64,000 bases of DNA, from the NCBI RefSeq assembly GCF_009914755.1, contig NC_060925.1. The stretch is one strand, 5' to 3'. Shown here one piece after another: positions 62,261-64,000 of this stretch (position 1 is the stretch's first letter; every line of letters begins with the position of its first letter). This DNA is from the human T2T-CHM13v2.0 reference genome, Homo sapiens. The notes below the pieces were generated by a model. The model was not told where the DNA came from. It worked only from the letters and a program-made list of their open reading frames with translations, and searched no databases. Both the position numbers and the translations under genes were made by a program.

Positions 62261-63304
62261 TCACTTACTGTCAAACACGGCGCCAGGGACAGTGCTTTAG
62301 AATGCATGAACAAAATAAGAAAAGAAATAAAACTGTGTGTATGTATATATAAATTGTCAGCTATAAGAAAAACAAATGGAGCCAAGATTAAATAGGAAAA
62401 GATACGGTGGCTACCGATTGGACTTGACAGTGGTCTCAGCTTTGCAAAGGAGGCTGTCTGTATTGGTTCCAAATGCCATTCAGGAAAGATTAGGCTGAGC
62501 CCTAGTGAGAACACTAGGAAGGTTGACCAGCCATCCCATTGTGGTGCATCCGCATAAATTAGGCACCCAGATCATCCCTTCCAAACATAGATTTTCGTTT
62601 GCCTTCTTCCACAATCTGCAGAGAACAGATTGGCACTAAATATGTACATTGCCTTTATATTTCCCCAGAGAAAGAGATCGATAAAGCCCCTGTTGGTTTG
62701 CAGAGCATGGGTTTCATTGTGGGCCAGGTCCTTATTTTTAGTACTGGATCTCTTGCTTTCTGGACCACACTGCTGCATAAGATCCCTCTCCGAACCCCTT
62801 TTATTTTTATTTTGAGCCACTCTGACTTTGAGGCCCATAATGATGCTAAACAAAATTCTCATTTCAGTAGAATGGGGGCTTTGTTCCCTATCACAATCGT
62901 CCATCTTGGTAAAATGACTTACAACAGCTGCTCGGAGAAGTAAAATCTGATAGAAACAGAGTGTGCATAGATATAAACATAAACATTGGTTTCTATGGAA
63001 ACAAAAGTTGCCAAGCGATGGCTAGAAGACCTAAAGAGCCTGTATTCCAGGAATCAAGTGCTAAATATATAGTCAGTGCATCCGCCAGGGATCACACCAG
63101 TAACGCAGAATTCTTTCTGAGAGTGGAACAGAGTGCATATAAGATTTTGGCTAAAATAGACACCACCTAGCAGAATCAATATGAAGGAGAGATGTCTTTT
63201 CTTCCCCAAATTGAAACCGTATTTCTTTTCTTAATTGAAAGCCTTGGGGCAATGAATCAAACACTGATGGAATTCAGTCAACAATTACATCCATGGGCAC
63301 CTCA

Positions 63305-63826
<522 letters not shown>

Positions 63827-63921
63827 TCAGGTGTTCCCGAGACAGCCAACCAGAGAGAGCTCATCTGTTCCCGTCACTATTGCTGTGCAACAGATTACCC
63901 CCAAGACTTCATGACTTAGAA

Positions 63922-63981
63922 GGATCTTCTCATTAGGCTCGCAGATTCTACGGATCTTCTTATTAGGCTCGCAGATTCTAC
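63922..63981 (+). repeat. 30-bp tandem duplication
   Basis: ggatcttct(c/t)attaggctcgcagattctac x2, one mismatch. Confidence 0.95.
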
Positions 63982-64000
63982 GGGTAACGTTGCCACACCA

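Overview
Primate (human-like) non-coding genomic DNA, intergenic or deep intronic. No protein-coding gene, tRNA, rRNA or processed pseudogene is recognisable. The ORF track is explained by Alu antisense frames, L1/LTR fragments, low-complexity CA/GT and GGAT/GGAA tracts, and chance. The window is repeat-dense: about 19 Alus (AluJ/S/Y, most with visible target-site duplications), L1 fragments, MaLR LTRs (THE1, MST, MLT1), ERVL/ERV1 LTRs (MLT2, LTR33-like, MER66-like, MER57-like), DNA-transposon relics (Tigger3, MER53, MER96, MER102-like), MIR/L2 and microsatellites. Several are nested. Subfamily names come from recalled consensus motifs, not from a database search. The most unusual signal is a set of old, locally templated insertions that repeat annotation does not explain. 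(i) A ~240-bp copy of 8443-8672 is pasted into an MLT1 LTR at 9326. (ii) A multi-fragment patchwork at 16060-16306 is built from an inverted copy of a THE1/MER66 junction ~0.9 kb away, a 22-bp copy of 16622-16643 and a fold-back that creates a 39-bp-arm palindrome. (iii) An ~80-bp copy of 36328-36394 is embedded in an AT-rich tract at 34984. (iv) A snap-back palindrome sits inside an L1 at 56972. These look like fossil germline repair or template-switch scars (Pol theta or MMBIR-like; this is inference). There is also a weak candidate 123-nt phase-0 exon downstream of a (TG)n tract. I found no convincing new gene-encoded system.
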